From Octopus sinensis (lineage: Eukaryota): 64,000 bases of DNA. The first letter of the stretch is position 1. Every line of letters begins with the position of its first letter. The notes beneath the pieces were generated by a model. That model was not told the origin of the DNA. It did not search any database and saw only the letters and a list, made by a program, of their open reading frames with translations. Positions 14,101 through 28,199 of the stretch are shown one piece after another. The translations under genes and the position numbers were made by a program. The stretch lies in assembly GCF_006345805.1 (NCBI RefSeq), contig NC_043001.1:69192001-69256000 (forward strand). Reading direction: 5' to 3'.

Positions 14101-15708
14101 ATATATATATTTCGTTGTTGTATTTGGTTTACAAGATTCCTTATGTTAATACGTGTGTTAAAGCATATTTTATTGTGTTTGGGGAGAGTCTTTCTCTTTT
14201 AGTGCCTTATTATTTAACAGTCACCGGTTTGATTTCTACTCATTTACATATCTATTTTTTCTAAAATTTTCGCTGTGCCTTGTAACTTTTCATTAGTCAA
14301 TGTTGAACTTATGCTACCATGGAAAATGGAGATGATATCGTGTGTCTATAACATTAAAGTATCTGTGAATATATTTTTAAATTATCTATACTAAATGATA
14401 TTTATCTCTCACTGGTTAGAGTACTTAATTTGTTTAATCCTACAATAACTTTATTGGAAAATTTCATAGGCTGAATTTCAAGGAGTGATGGTAGAGCTGT
14501 GAAATCTTGCATGCATTAATTTCAACTCCACTGAATAATAAGTGCATTGTTTTGTTTCAGATAAACTGACATCTGATGCTTCAAAAGGAACTTGTAGCAA
14601 TTCTCTTGAAAATGGACAAAATCGTGATGTGATGTGTTGCGATCTGAGGAGTGAGACTTTTAAGGTCTATTAGCACCGCATGTTAGAGTAAATGGAATGA
14701 AGCAAACAGGATTTAAATAATGTTAAAACAATCTTAATATGATGCCATTAGAAGAAGTACAACTGGTATTCTAAAAGGAACAACCAAATTTCTACAAATG
14801 ACCAATGAAGAAAACATAAGTCAACGGTCAAATTAACATGAGACAGAATATACTACACTCGACAACATAGAAAAAATATTGTATTGAAAACTCATGTCAC
14901 TGCGGAAACGTAATATAAGAATAAAGGACAGACATATATTACTTTATAGTTAACATACTGACTATACTAGATAACTAGTGTGTTTCTATAAGATCCAAGC
15001 ATTGAATAAAAGCATCAGCTAAATATCATTAAATCACATCATAACTATGTTATTTGACGGTGGCGAAGGAGGATTTCAGATGTTTTGGTTGGGATATTGA
15101 TTGCAGGAGTAAACAGGAATTGGTTAGTAAAGTGGGGAAATACGTTTGTATGGGAATCTGCGAGTAGTTATCTAGCGAATTAATAGAGAATTACAAAGCT
15201 AACTAATCAAAGCGAAAGTTGACCGTCATTCATATATAAACATATTGTATATACATACTGATCTAACGACCTGCCCAACTACCTACCTACTAACTTACCT
15301 ACCCACTAACTTCCCTACCTACCTCCCTCCCTACCTACCTACCTACCTATTTACCAACCTGCCTACCCACGTACAACGTGTATACATACGTACTTACATT
15401 CATACATACATACACGACATATACTTAATCATTGTAATATTTTCCATTCATAACTACTTCGAGGTATCTATGCCCATGCTATTCACATCTTAGGGGGTGA
15501 GGCGTAATAACATTTCTTTGATATATGAAATAAGTATGTTTTGCGTTGTTGGCCAGTTGATGAAGACAAGATCAGTGCGTCAACAACAGTGGATTGTTCC
15601 TATATTCCCATTGATAAAATTAGTGTATATGTCTAAATTATAACCCTGCAAGATATAGCAGCCAAGTTCTCTTAGAAGATACTATACATATCACACACTG
15701 AAATACTA

Positions 15709-16969
15709 TTGGGTCGTCAAGTATGAAATTTATAGAAAAGAAAAAAAAGTTTCCTAATATTTTATAAATAGAAGGAATAATTTTATTCATCAAAGTATGC
15801 ACCCATATTGTCATACATTTTTGCCATTTCAGCAGTAGCTTGTCCAGCCAGGAACTGTAAAAACCTGACAATCTAGAGTCAATAAAACCTTGGAAGACCT
15901 GTTTTACAGCACCGTCGGAATTAAAATTTTTTCCTATCAAAATGTTATCCAAATTCTGGAAGAAGTGGTAGTCAGTGGGGGCAAGATCAGGTGAGTATGG
16001 TGGGTAATGGAAAACTTCCAACTCCAAATCCTGTAATTTCGCCAAAGTCATTTTTGCGATGTGCGGTCTGGCGTTGACTTGCAATAATATAGGAGTGGAT
16101 CTGTTGAATAATCTAGGCTGTTTTTAAAATTTTTTTGTAAGTTTCTGCATCATGAGGTCTAGTTGGCTGTAGTATACTTCGGACGTGATAAATGAGCCAG
16201 GTTTAATGAAATCATAATGGATCACAATTGCTCCAGACCACGAAACATACACCAAAAGCTTCTTTTGACGAATTTTACTTTTTGGCCTGTGTTTTGGTGG
16301 CTCGTCTCTGTCCCACTATTGTGCTGAACGTTTACGGTTGTTGTATTGGATCCATGTCTCATCACATGTTACAATTCCATTCAAAAATGATTCATTTTTG
16401 AGACGAGAACGTAGAATAATGTAGGCTTCCAAACGTTGCTGTTTCAACTTTTCCACTTGACTGATTTGAACTAGGTGAGTCAATATTGTTTGGTTGCTAA
16501 CACCAAATAACAACGATAATTCACGGGCACTTTCAGATAGATCTGATTCGACAATGGGTTTCAGCTCGTCATTATCCAGATTTATTTCTGGTCGGCTGCG
16601 TTGCTCATTTGTGTGGTCAAATTTACCAGAACGAAATTTTGAAAAGTAATTTGATACTGTCTGCTGTGTAATAAAATTAGAATGAAATCCTCCATTAATA
16701 TTCCGAGCTGGGTGTAATGCTGTATTTCGAAGAAAGAACTCATATTTCAAAACTGTACGAATTTCTGACTTATCCATCTCTAAATAAAAATAGTAAACAA
16801 AAATGATTTATAAATAATTTATAAAGTGCAAAATGAGATAAAATAAAGAAATAGATATGTCGGTATTCTCACAAAAAATAAGATTGTGAAAATATAACAA
16901 TGGCGCAAAATGAGCAGATGTCAAAGTTTACCATTTACCTTACTACAAATTTCATACTTTACAACCTAA
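15709..16969 (-). mobile_element. Full-length defective mariner transposon
   Basis: HTH N-terminus (MDKSEIR...), IVTCDETW, NARPH, HYPPYSPDLAPTDYHFF. 27-bp TIRs (15709-15735 and 16943-16969, 23/27 match) with TA on the left. About 1.26 kb, frameshifted. Confidence 0.92.
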
Positions 16970-19900
16970 TGGATTAAAATTAGGAATCAATTTAAGAAGT
17001 TATAATGGACTACATGTGGTACTAGACTGTCTTTAAGAAAGGTAACTGGAAGTGTAATATCAGAATCATTTATAAACTCTCACTTACTGAAGTAGTTCAC
17101 TCGTCGGATTGGAACAGAAATTTAGAGAGACTAAACGCAGTAAATATGCAAAGATAGTCATAAATTCATTTTTAACATTATAACAATTTCGTATATTTGT
17201 CAAATGAATAAGTCTACGTTGATCTGGGCAAAATAGAAATGGAACTATATTTATTCCTTAGTTTTACTCTCTATATGCAAGATGAAATTCAACTGCTATT
17301 CTGCTAATTGGATCAGCATATTTAAAATATTCAGCGTTCTATGAATTACCGTTAGAATTTTCTGGTGTAGGTAGTACTTTCTGTGGTATGAAATATCAAT
17401 TGCTTTCTTTTAACACAAAGGACAATGTCTTTGAGAATAAATTTTAGACTCTTGAATTCACAACAGGATAAGCATTAAATTTGAAGAACAAAATACTGCC
17501 ATGTATAAAATTTATATTGCGCATGGAAAGCAGAACAATCCTAGCTGCAATATTTTGTCTCAGAGAAAATTTTTAAAGGGCAATTATGTGTTATAAGCAC
17601 AAGGGCTTAGCTCATATCATCTTGGGTGGGGTTGCTAGACACGTTATTTTAATCTAAGGTTTTTTCAACTGCGTATATATTTTGAAAAATAAAGACAGGA
17701 TAGGCACTGTCAGAACACTGTTGATCACTGACTTGCTGTAATTGAACAAACTCGGTATTTGCAAACAGTGATGCTGAATATTCTGAAATCAAGTGTTGCT
17801 ATGTTTAACATCAAAGGTAAATCGAGATCTATTCTGGCCGTTGTGTTGACACAAACATGCACATAAAATAATTGGTATTACAACCTACCTACTGCTCTAT
17901 TATTTCCCGACGACCAAGTGAACGGTGTGATGTTTCTCTTCCATAGACAAAATATCATTAAACATTACACAATATTCAAAATCCACACCTTCTGCTCGTT
18001 TCTACATTTCTAAGCATTCCAGAACGTCACATATTACTTAAGTTCGTATTTCACACTATCTGAATGGAACCAATAAAACTCTCCTACATTCAGATAAATA
18101 AGGTGTTAGTTTCTATTGTGATATTTGAAACGTTTTATGGAAGGTAATATTTCAACTACGAGATGGTCATAAAGTTAGAGATACTTGGTTTTCCTATAAT
18201 GAACGAAATAAAGTAACTGTGTAATAATGTATTTACGGCAGTTCCAACAGAAATATACTTTTATTTGTGTGCAGTTGATGATTTATGATAAGAAATTTCA
18301 AAGGGAATTTCAAGTGATATTACTGTGAATTATTGCCTCTAAGACACGCTGTGTAAGTGAATGAGAATTTAATAGTATAGCTACAAACTCTTCTGGCATA
18401 TAACACTATTCATAAACTTACACAGAAATACATAATATAAACTTCGCGGTGTCTGTATGTATTACGTCAGGCTAGTATTAGGAAAATCCAGTTAAGTCAC
18501 GAGGAAACTATCGTATGCAATAGCAAAAAAGCAACAAACGACAATATTGAGTCATAATTCTATAAAATCTATATAATTACATTTCACATAAGAAACGTAA
18601 GAAAATTCAACAACTCGGACAGTGGGTTTCTGTCGATAATGAAAAAAAAAGTTTTAAAATTGATAAATGTTAAATAAAAAAGATGGTATGTGAAATGAAG
18701 GTTGGTTGCCAAATCTGCTGAGAAAGTTATGTGAGATGAGCAATGGATGGTGGAAGGGATATAGGAATACATTATGCGTCAGTTTATAGGAAAGAATGTG
18801 CGAGTATGTTGTGTGTCTCTTCAATATGTTTATGCGTATGTTCTGGGGAACTGGTGTGAATATGCTCTGCTGAAGTGTGGATGATATGAATAAAGCATGA
18901 TATTGTGATAAGTTAGTGGGTGGCTGTGTCGTATATGAGTAGTTTATTATGTGTTTCTGGGTTTTTCTGGAAACAATGGAAAACTTATATATACGTTATG
19001 GCGTATATTGTATAAGGAATGTTCTGTAGGGAGGAAAGCAAAGTTCTAGCAGAAAAGTAAACTGATTATTATCAATTAATATTATGGTTAAACCCAACTA
19101 ACGGTAATTAGATTAATAACTATTAATCTCATCAGCGTTAGCCTAATTTAGCCAGAAAATTAATTGTTGTTCATGTTGCTAGCGAGAGTAAGTGTTCTAC
19201 GGTGTGTTACAATGATGCAAAAAGTTAGCAATAAGTTGGTGTTGAATGAGTCATTGGAGTGGGTGCAAGGGTACCAGGCCTAAATTGTCCTAATTTGTTT
19301 AGTGTTATTTTGTCGGTTGTCTAGTATGTATTATTCCTTAAAGTGCCGAACAATTTCCAGGCATCAACCAGTTTATCCACTCTGAAATAAGCCACAGAAT
19401 CAGTATTCTGTGCGATATATTTCCTTGCGATGAATATTTCGATGAGATGAAAATATAAACTGCGACCAAAGGCGAGAGTGATGTTCTCGTCAAACAGACA
19501 AATATTACAACTTAAGTAGCCAAATGACGCACTTTGGATGTGCTAAGGAAGATAAACAGCTGTCGATCAGATCATGTAGAGTGAGGTCGCATTTCATGTA
19601 AAAAAGTTTCTCTACTGCCCCTTCTGCGAGGCTGTTAGATGGCGCAGAGGAGAGGAAAGGAGAAATGAAATGAAGGAGCGGAGTTGGATTCTAGTTATAT
19701 GACAGTAAAGATAAAGTGGAGTCAAGTTTGTGAGAACTGTGTTGAGATCAATCAAAAGACTGGTTTGAAGTAAGCAGGTTCTAGGTGCTCATGTTGCAAC
19801 AAAGTAGCAAACTTGGCATCTAGTTTATAAAATTTGAAGAAACAGACGATATAGGAGGAGCGGGATATGCGTTATGGTGTGAGAGGGAAGACGTGAAATC

Positions 19901-20214
19901 ACAAATACATGTACAATCAATCAATTTAAGACACTCAGATTTCTTCAATCGGCAATTATTTACATTTACAATGTGAGTATTTTTAGCAAACAAACATATA
20001 AATCGGAATAGTAAGTGATTGTTTGTCCTGCAAGAAATGACAGATAATTTACTCTCAAATCACACGGTCTCGATTGGAAGCTAGAAGACACTGGAGGACG
20101 TAGATGCAACACAATTCTTGACAAACAAATTCGCAGTGTTCATTGATTAACTTATTTTATTCTTGTTTGCTAGGTCACTGCCGACTTGAAACTCAACAAC
20201 AAAACTACAACAAA

Positions 20215-20329
20215 ACTAAGCACAAATAGCAGCAGCACCACCAGCACCACTAGCAGCACCAGCAGCATCAGCAGTAGCACCACCAGCACTAGCATCAGCA
20301 GCACTACCACCACCACCACCACCACCACC

Positions 20330-20361
<32 letters not shown>

Positions 20362-20435
20362 CAACAGCAACAGCAACAGCAACAACAAAAACACCACCAC
20401 CACATACTACTACTACTACTACTACAACTACTATT
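20215..20435. repeat. Compound trinucleotide array (AGC)/(ACC)/(AAC)/(TAC)
   Basis: Direct reading. Confidence 0.97.
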
Positions 20436-21789
20436 GATGTTGTATTCATTTGTTATATACGAATCATAATATGATTAGACAAAACATGAATGGTTCTTAC
20501 AATATATATTCAACTCATAATAGTTAACCATATTAATTTATTCTAGCTAACAGAACGTAATATTGTAAAACAGTTATTAAACTAATCCTAAAAGGAACCC
20601 AAATATTTTCTTTTTAGAGTAAAGTACGTTTTATTTATTTATTCATTTTTATCAAACGCCTTTAAATTGTCACTGTTGTCAATGTTTAATCCAAATATTC
20701 AATCTGGCAGACATAATTTGAAGGTTTAAAAATTATTCATAATTACGTTTTTTTATTAGAATTCACCCCGAAGAAGGCCTCAACAAGCCACCAATGAGAT
20801 AGGCTTCTAAAATCCATTTAATATATTGGAAGTAACAAAAGAGAACATAAAAATTACTTTTCTTTTCCGCCACTCTAAATTTTATAGAGCGAACAACGCA
20901 TGATGTAAGTAAGTAATAGGATATTAATCCTGGAAACCGGAAAAAGTCATGACCAATGTTTGAAGAAGGCAACCACGAGAATAATAATATTTCCCACAGG
21001 GTGGGGTGGGGGGAAGACAGTGAAAGGATGAGAATCAGCAGGAGAAAAAGAAATGTGACACTCGGTGAGTAATATTTAAGAAAGTTGTAAAAGAAAAGCT
21101 AAGGACAGATCGAACATGCAATGTGTCAATAAAAATAAAAAAAAAGGAGATATATAAAGCCGATACGCTTAGGTAATTAAAAAGAGATTACAGTTTAGCT
21201 GGCGAAACAACAAATAATGGTAGATCTGCATTTTGGAACTCGATTATGGAGAGAATGAACACCAGAAGGAACACCAGTCCGTACCTGAACACACTCTCCA
21301 TATAAATGTGACGAAGTGACTGATGCAGCCGAAGAATATATAAGAATGAAAGGCTAATGTAAAAATAGTGCCAATATGATTATCCCAAGTAAGATCTTTG
21401 AATAAATGTAAACCAAAAAGGCAATGAATAGATTACTTAAGATAAAAATTATCACACATATAGAGATATCAACAGAATGGAAGAAATTTAGTTTTCGTAG
21501 AGATGTAGATATACAACCGCTTCAACTGTGGTAGTCAAGCACCAACCGTTTTTGTAAGATCTGGGACTGCATTATTTAAGTTGATTTTACTGTTAATACG
21601 TTATGGTGTGAGTTAAGGATATTTAGTTGGTGATTTTATAGGACGCTTTGACCTCAAAGAGACACATTGGTTATCTAGCATAGACAGTATGATAACTATA
21701 AAGAACGGTGGAATGACTGATGAAACATTCCAATGCCATGAAATATCGTCATTAGTATGTCTAGCATATACAATATACTAATATATCAT

Positions 21790-21867
<78 letters not shown>

Positions 21868-22744
21868 TTGTATGGATGTGTGTATCTTTCCCTTGTTTAC
21901 AATTAACACGCAGAAAATAAATAAAATAAATAAACAGTTACCAGGGCAGCAAAAAATCACACAAGTAATAAGAAGGTAACAACCTGATTGTAAAAGCAGA
22001 AGCTACGGGTTGATGTGAAATATTTTGTATAATATAAATATATATATATATATGAAATGGAGTTAAACGCAGGTGTTATCCAACTTCTTTTACTTCCGAC
22101 ATATGTTTCGAAGACAACATTGGTATTATTCCAAAGGCATAAAATGGTGCAAAGCAATGTAAGAGAGAAAGAAACCAATCTCATTAATAAGACATTTTAA
22201 CATAATGTGATGGATGAGAATAATGATGAACAGAAAGCTATTAAGCTGGGTTTTTTTAAAATACCGCTAGCAGATATAACGTCAAAGGTAACCTATATTA
22301 AAGAGAAGGGGTAAAGGAGGGAAATAAGCAGAAAACTAATAAAGAAGAAATATAGAGCGATATGTGAATTAAAATAAAAGCTTAACGGCTTGGAAAAAGA
22401 TATATCTAGTGGAAGTGAAATGTAAGGAGAAAATCAATGTTCAAATTATATATAATGGTATATATCAATTATATGAACTAAAGATATGTTTCTGCCAATG
22501 ATTACATCGGTAAGCACGCTCTATAACCGTGTTTACACGGGGGTTCTTAGAAAATAGAAGAGAAAATTGCTCACTATTACAGAGTTGGCAGAATTCTTTG
22601 CCTTTATCATATGGGAATGAAATGGTGAGAATCAACCATTCCAAATTAAGTTGTTTATTATGGCCTTTTAGATACGAAATTAATTTACTAAGCCCTGTAC
22701 TTTTGCGTTTATTTCTATCCCTAAATGTAGAGTAATGGTGAGAA

Positions 22745-22960
22745 ATTCTTTTAGATAACTGGCATGGTGCAGAGTCGTGTTTCCAGACATAGGGTCATCT
22801 AGCAGCCATCTTCTTCACGAAGGGCAGCACTACCTCACCCACACACTTTATGTAAAGTCTGAGGTCGTGTGGGAAGATGAATGGAGGCGTAACGTCACCA
22901 TCACTAGTGATCACTCGAAACACCATGATGTTGATCGAGATGTTTGATTCTTACATGTCC
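22745..22960 (-). mobile_element. Tc1/mariner-superfamily (DD37D/maT-like) transposase catalytic fragment
   Basis: NIMVFRVITSDGDVTPPFIFP...YIKCVGEVVLP...PYVWKHDSAPC; the last motif resembles WQQDSAPCH. Confidence 0.72.
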
Positions 22961-24257
22961 TCAGATTGCACTATCCTCAGATTTACACCCAATCACTCTG
23001 AAATATTCGCATTGGAGCATCCGGTGCAAATACCAAACAGTAATGCATCTGGTTTCAAAATTTCTGGCAGTGCATTGCGTCTTGGTGTAGTTTTTTTCTC
23101 ACAGACGGTGCCCAATTAACCCTACTATACTGAGTAGTCGACAAACTCATAAGCAATGCGCATGCGCGAAATTACAAATATAAACTGGGGATAATTTACC
23201 CATCACTCCCTGTGTGTATATATATATATACATACATTCATACATACATACATATATATATATATATTTAAAATATGCACCTAATTCAATAAAATTATGA
23301 AGGTTACTCTGATTACTATGCATAAACGCAAAATATTAAAAATATTTTATTATTTGTAGATTAGGTAGACATAATTCGCCTCTGCCTTTTAATATCAGTA
23401 TTTAATCCACGTATAGTATTGCTGTAGTACACGTGCTGCATACATTCCTACAGCAACGTTTTAGTTACGTGCTATAAAGACAGAAGTAAATCTGCCTACA
23501 ACTCAGTCACGTGGTTGTGTTTCGCTTATTTCTTTGTTTTACTACATAAATGTCTCAAACCGTTTACCGTGAGTAATTACTGAAGGTACGTGTCTGATAT
23601 ATATATATATTCATACATATTTTGTTATACATACATATAAATGTAATGTGAAAAAGATTAATAATATATTTTAGTAAGCTATACATTTAATTTTACATGG
23701 AAACGTTTCACAGCAACTTCGGATGTATGCGCTGCTCGATTATCTACGGTGCGTATCATATTTGTAATTTCATTCTGAATATATATGCTAACATATCAAT
23801 AATCAAAAACAATTTTTTTATACGGTCTTGCATGACATACTGTCCACAAATTTTACAAGGCTTTTGAATATGTCTAAAAAGGAACGGATCTATATTAAGT
23901 ATTGTAATGTGGTTTTATTATTTGTGATGTAGTGTGTTCCTCCATATCCCTTGAAGAGCTAGATCCTGGTGCTAAAAAAAGTGAAGTATTTAATTTCCCA
24001 AACAAAATAGGAACTGTCCAACCGAAAGATGTTGCTCAGTTTCTAGCAAGGCAGTTCACTTACACAGATTTGGTCGAAGCTAGGGTACCTCAGGAGAAAC
24101 ATTATCAAGTAGTGGGGTTGAAACCAGAACTTCACAGATACAAACACGCATTTTACCCTCTGAAACCTATAAGAGGACAATGAACTTGTCTAGAAATTTG
24201 ATATATGTTGAGATAAAAGTCTAAGAAGGCACTGAATATGTTTTAATAGTATTTACT

Positions 24258-24543
24258 CTCATGATCGTAAGGTTGTGAGTTCGATTCCCGGCGACGCGTT
24301 GTGTCCTTGAGCAAGACACTTTATTTCACGTTGCTCCAGTCCACTCAGCTGGCAAAAATGAGTTGTACTTGTATTTCAAAGGGTCGGCCTTGTCACTCTC
24401 TGTGTCACGCTGATTATCCCCGAGAACTACGTTAAGGGTACACGTGTCTGTGGAATGCTCAGCCATTTGCACGTTAATTTCACGAGCGAGCTGTTCCGTT
24501 GATCGTATCAGCTGGGACCCTCGTCGTCGTAACCGGCGGAGTC
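24258..24543 (+). mobile_element. 5'-truncated chimeric SINE with 16-bp TSD
   Basis: B box GTTCGATTCC. TSD TTTAATAGTATTTACT at 24242-24257 and 24544-24559. Confidence 0.88.
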
Positions 24544-25633
24544 TTTAATAGTATTTACTACTTCGCCTTTAGAAACCAGAGATGTATTGCGATAGGTTAT
24601 TATAGAATATATTTAAAAAAACTCATGAAATCTACTAATCGAATCCATTTTCAGATTGCAGACTATTAAAGAAATTTTGTTGGCCTCTGTAAATGGATCA
24701 ACAGTTTATCACTTAATCTTCCCCAAAACCTGACTGCATCTTTGTCTGTTCTCTTTCCATTGATACTCAAATATTTCCATTTAGTCATCAATTCAACATG
24801 AAATGAATACGTGTAGATAAGTAAGTGCGTGTATAAATAGTTGCATATATGAGCGCACATAAATATATCGCGGTTTGTGTACATATGCGAATACTTATGA
24901 TACATCTCTTACATACTCGTGTAGCCTATTCTGCCGACGAGTAGGTGATAGTCATTATCACAGAATATGTTTTAAACAGTTTGAAATATAGTTGGAAATT
25001 AAATACGAAATTTCTGCGTATTATCATTTGTGTATGTTTCTGTGTATGTATCATTCTTTTCACTATCGCACAAACATACATACACTTGCTCATACAGATC
25101 TTGATATCAATAGTAGATTTAACATAAATAGTAGAGTGAAGACGTGACCCAGTTTAAATCAATCTGCTGATTTTGGTTTACTATGTACCAAAAATAGGGG
25201 CCTTAATGTCTGCTTTGTGAATACATTCAACCCTTTCTGCGACCAGTCTGAAAATCATCCAAAGATATATATTGATAGCTTCTTTCATTCGCTGACCAGA
25301 CGGTGAAATATATCGCTGTTACATGTAGAGTTACGATTTCTTGTAGATGAATACATTGCCGAATGATATTGTACAATCAAGGACACGTAGCCTAAAAGGC
25401 AATATATGCCTAGGCAAAACATTTGTGTAAATGTTGCTCAAAGCTGTTGCTTAATTAATCATTATTATTAATCATTCATTTCTTCTTTTAATTTTTCTTC
25501 TTGTTCTTGTATTTATTAATAATAATAATAATAATAATAATAAAAATAATAGTAGTAGTAGTAGCAGTAGTAGTAGTAGTAGTAGTAGTAGTTAGTAGTA
25601 GTAGTAGTAGAATTAATAATAATAATAATAATA

Positions 25634-25679
<46 letters not shown>

Positions 25680-25719
25680 CATAGTAGAACAAGAGAGACT
25701 TTGCAAAGAAAGAAATGAG

Positions 25720-27200
25720 AGTGTACAAATGAAAAGTTGATACCAGATAACATTGAAAGTTGAAGGTTTAGGAGTGACAACTGAAGCAAAGAGATCGAGG
25801 ATAAGAAGGATGCTAAATGGTTGCAAGAACTGAAACAAACAGTAGTCTGTACAAAACTGGCAGAACTCGTCATTTCAGTTATGGAAGTGGAGGAAATCAG
25901 CAAAAAAAAAAAAAAAATGGGTAACTGTAAGGACCTGGGACCAGATGGAGTTCAATTCTACTGGACCAAAATAGTTGGTGAATGTCATGCACGAATAGCT
26001 GCACAATGCAACACCATGTTACATGCTGACCAAGTAACACCAGAGTGGTTGACAATGGGGAGGACAGTTCTGTGCTTAAAAATCATCATAAAAGGAAATA
26101 TAGTAGACAATTACAGACCCATATCCTGCTTGCCACTTATGTATAAATTATTGACTGGAATAGTCGCAGAGTCGACGTAACGACATCTGCAATAAATTGA
26201 GTCCTGCTACATAAGCAAAAGGGTTGCAAGTGTAAGTGCAGAGGTACCCATGATCAACTCCTGGTAGACAAAACTGTACTTAGAGACTGCAAGAGATGGA
26301 AAATTAATTTAACCATGTTATGGATCGATTATCGTTAGGCATACGATGTGAACCTACATTCTTGTGTTATGGAATGTATGAACCTATTTGGTATTGCATC
26401 GAGTGTTGAGCGATTGCAAGGAAAAAAAGTATGGCGAAGTGATGGACGGATCTGACAGCATATGGAAGAAGTTTGGGGACAACAGAAATCAGGAGAGGCA
26501 TCTTCCAAGGGGTCTGCCTAATCTTTGTACCGTGCATGATACTATTAACGCCGATCTGAGGAAAGCTGCTAGCAAAAATTCAATTACTTGTTATTCATGG
26601 ATGATCTGAAACTTTCTGGTAAAGATGACTCTCAAGAGAGTCCCTCGTTGATACGGTGTATACATTCAGTGCTGATATCAGAATGGAGTTCGGACTGAAA
26701 GAGTGTAGTGTGTTAGTCTTGAAAAGATGCAAAATCAAATGTACGGACGGGCTAGCGATACGGTCGAGGGTAGGTTATGAAGCAGATAGAAGTGACGAGC
26801 TATAAGTACTTGGGGGTATTGGAAATGGATAATTCGATGGACGAAGAAATGACAGAAAAATTTAAGGTGGAGTACTTGTGCAGACTGATATTGATTCTCA
26901 AATCGAAATTAACGGACTGAATAAGATTGAAGCTATTTGCACCTGGGCGGTTTCACTTCTTAGTTATGGAGAAAGGGTAATCGCATGGACAGTAGATGAA
27001 ATATTCACTTGCAGAAAACAGTACTGCTTGGAACCGCTCGAATACTCAAATAATAAGGGGTGTTACCTTAGTTCACTGGGACCATAGTACATGTTCTGCG
27101 TTAGAATTTGTGCAAAGACAAGAACTAAGGAAGTTGCTGATATAGGATACTCCACCCAGAAAGTGATACAAACATAGATATAGGCTACTTCATCAAAAAG
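25720..27200 (+). mobile_element. Degenerate R4/Dong RT fragment
   Basis: GPDGVQFYW, PEWLTMGRT, NYRPISCL, QKGC, WIDY, GIFQG, LLFMDDLKL, EFGLKEC, YKYLG, LHPESD, with many stops and frameshifts. Preceded by an (AAT)n/(TAG)n tract. Confidence 0.85.
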
Positions 27201-28199
27201 GGATACAGATAGACTGTATGTACCAATTCATTTTTTAAATATTCTCTTAAATATATATATAAATTATTTTGTTATCTCATAATGGAAACTATTATAATGG
27301 AAATTATTTTATTTCTTTAAAATTTCTTTTCTTTAACTAGTTTTTTCTCTTTTGACTATATATATTTAATTTTATATATATATTTAATTTTATGACAAAA
27401 AATTTGTGTTATAAAATTGTTTAATATTGAGTTTTGTTAAGAAAACAAAATAAAAAATATATAATGGTAAAAATTAGACAGAAATATTTTAACTTTATAC
27501 CAAAACATTTTGTAAATAAAAACATTGACTTAAACACTAAAAACAAAAAGCTGTACAACTTCAGCCGCAGTATTTTAAGATTTTTTGTTCTTGTCCTGTA
27601 CTTTTCTAGTTTCAATACATAAGATTATTCTAGTACTCTGTGCCCACATTTTTTCTTTCTGTTACCGTTAGTTCTGTAATTTCCATATTCAATACTAAAG
27701 AAGATTCGAAGATTCTGCATTCAAATTATACATTGTAGTTCACTTTTTTCTCTAGGAAACGCTTCTATGATAATAATTAATAATATTTACCCTTATAATT
27801 AGAAAACTAAACGATAGTATTGTAAATATTCCAAAATAAAGATTTTGTTCAAACTTAAGAATTTTGTTTGCACCTAAAAATAATAAAGAATTAATACCAG
27901 CATGTCTTTTACAAATAAATATATTTTCAAATATTTTTAATTATGATATAAAGTCATTTTTGTAATTAAATAATTAACAATTAGTTTTGTAATGAGTTAT
28001 TTTAGTACATTTTAAATATGTAAATATTTTACTACATAATCAGAATAACAATTAATATGAAATCGCAAAAAATATAGTATTTTAAAATTAATATTTTAGT
28101 CGGTATTTTCCCATATTCTAGTCGTTTCGATGAACTCTTTAACCCGAGTTCAAATTATATGTTCCTCTTAAAAAGAGAAGATATATTTTGATTTCTTCA

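Noticed and set aside
19628-19645. TAGATGGCGC CTCF-like words (also about 44340)
   Set aside because: Partial matches only; not distinguishable from chance.
22098-22110. GAAACATATGTC (minus) and GAAACG with a hairpin at 28121-28152
   Set aside because: No CTGANGA core at a suitable distance.
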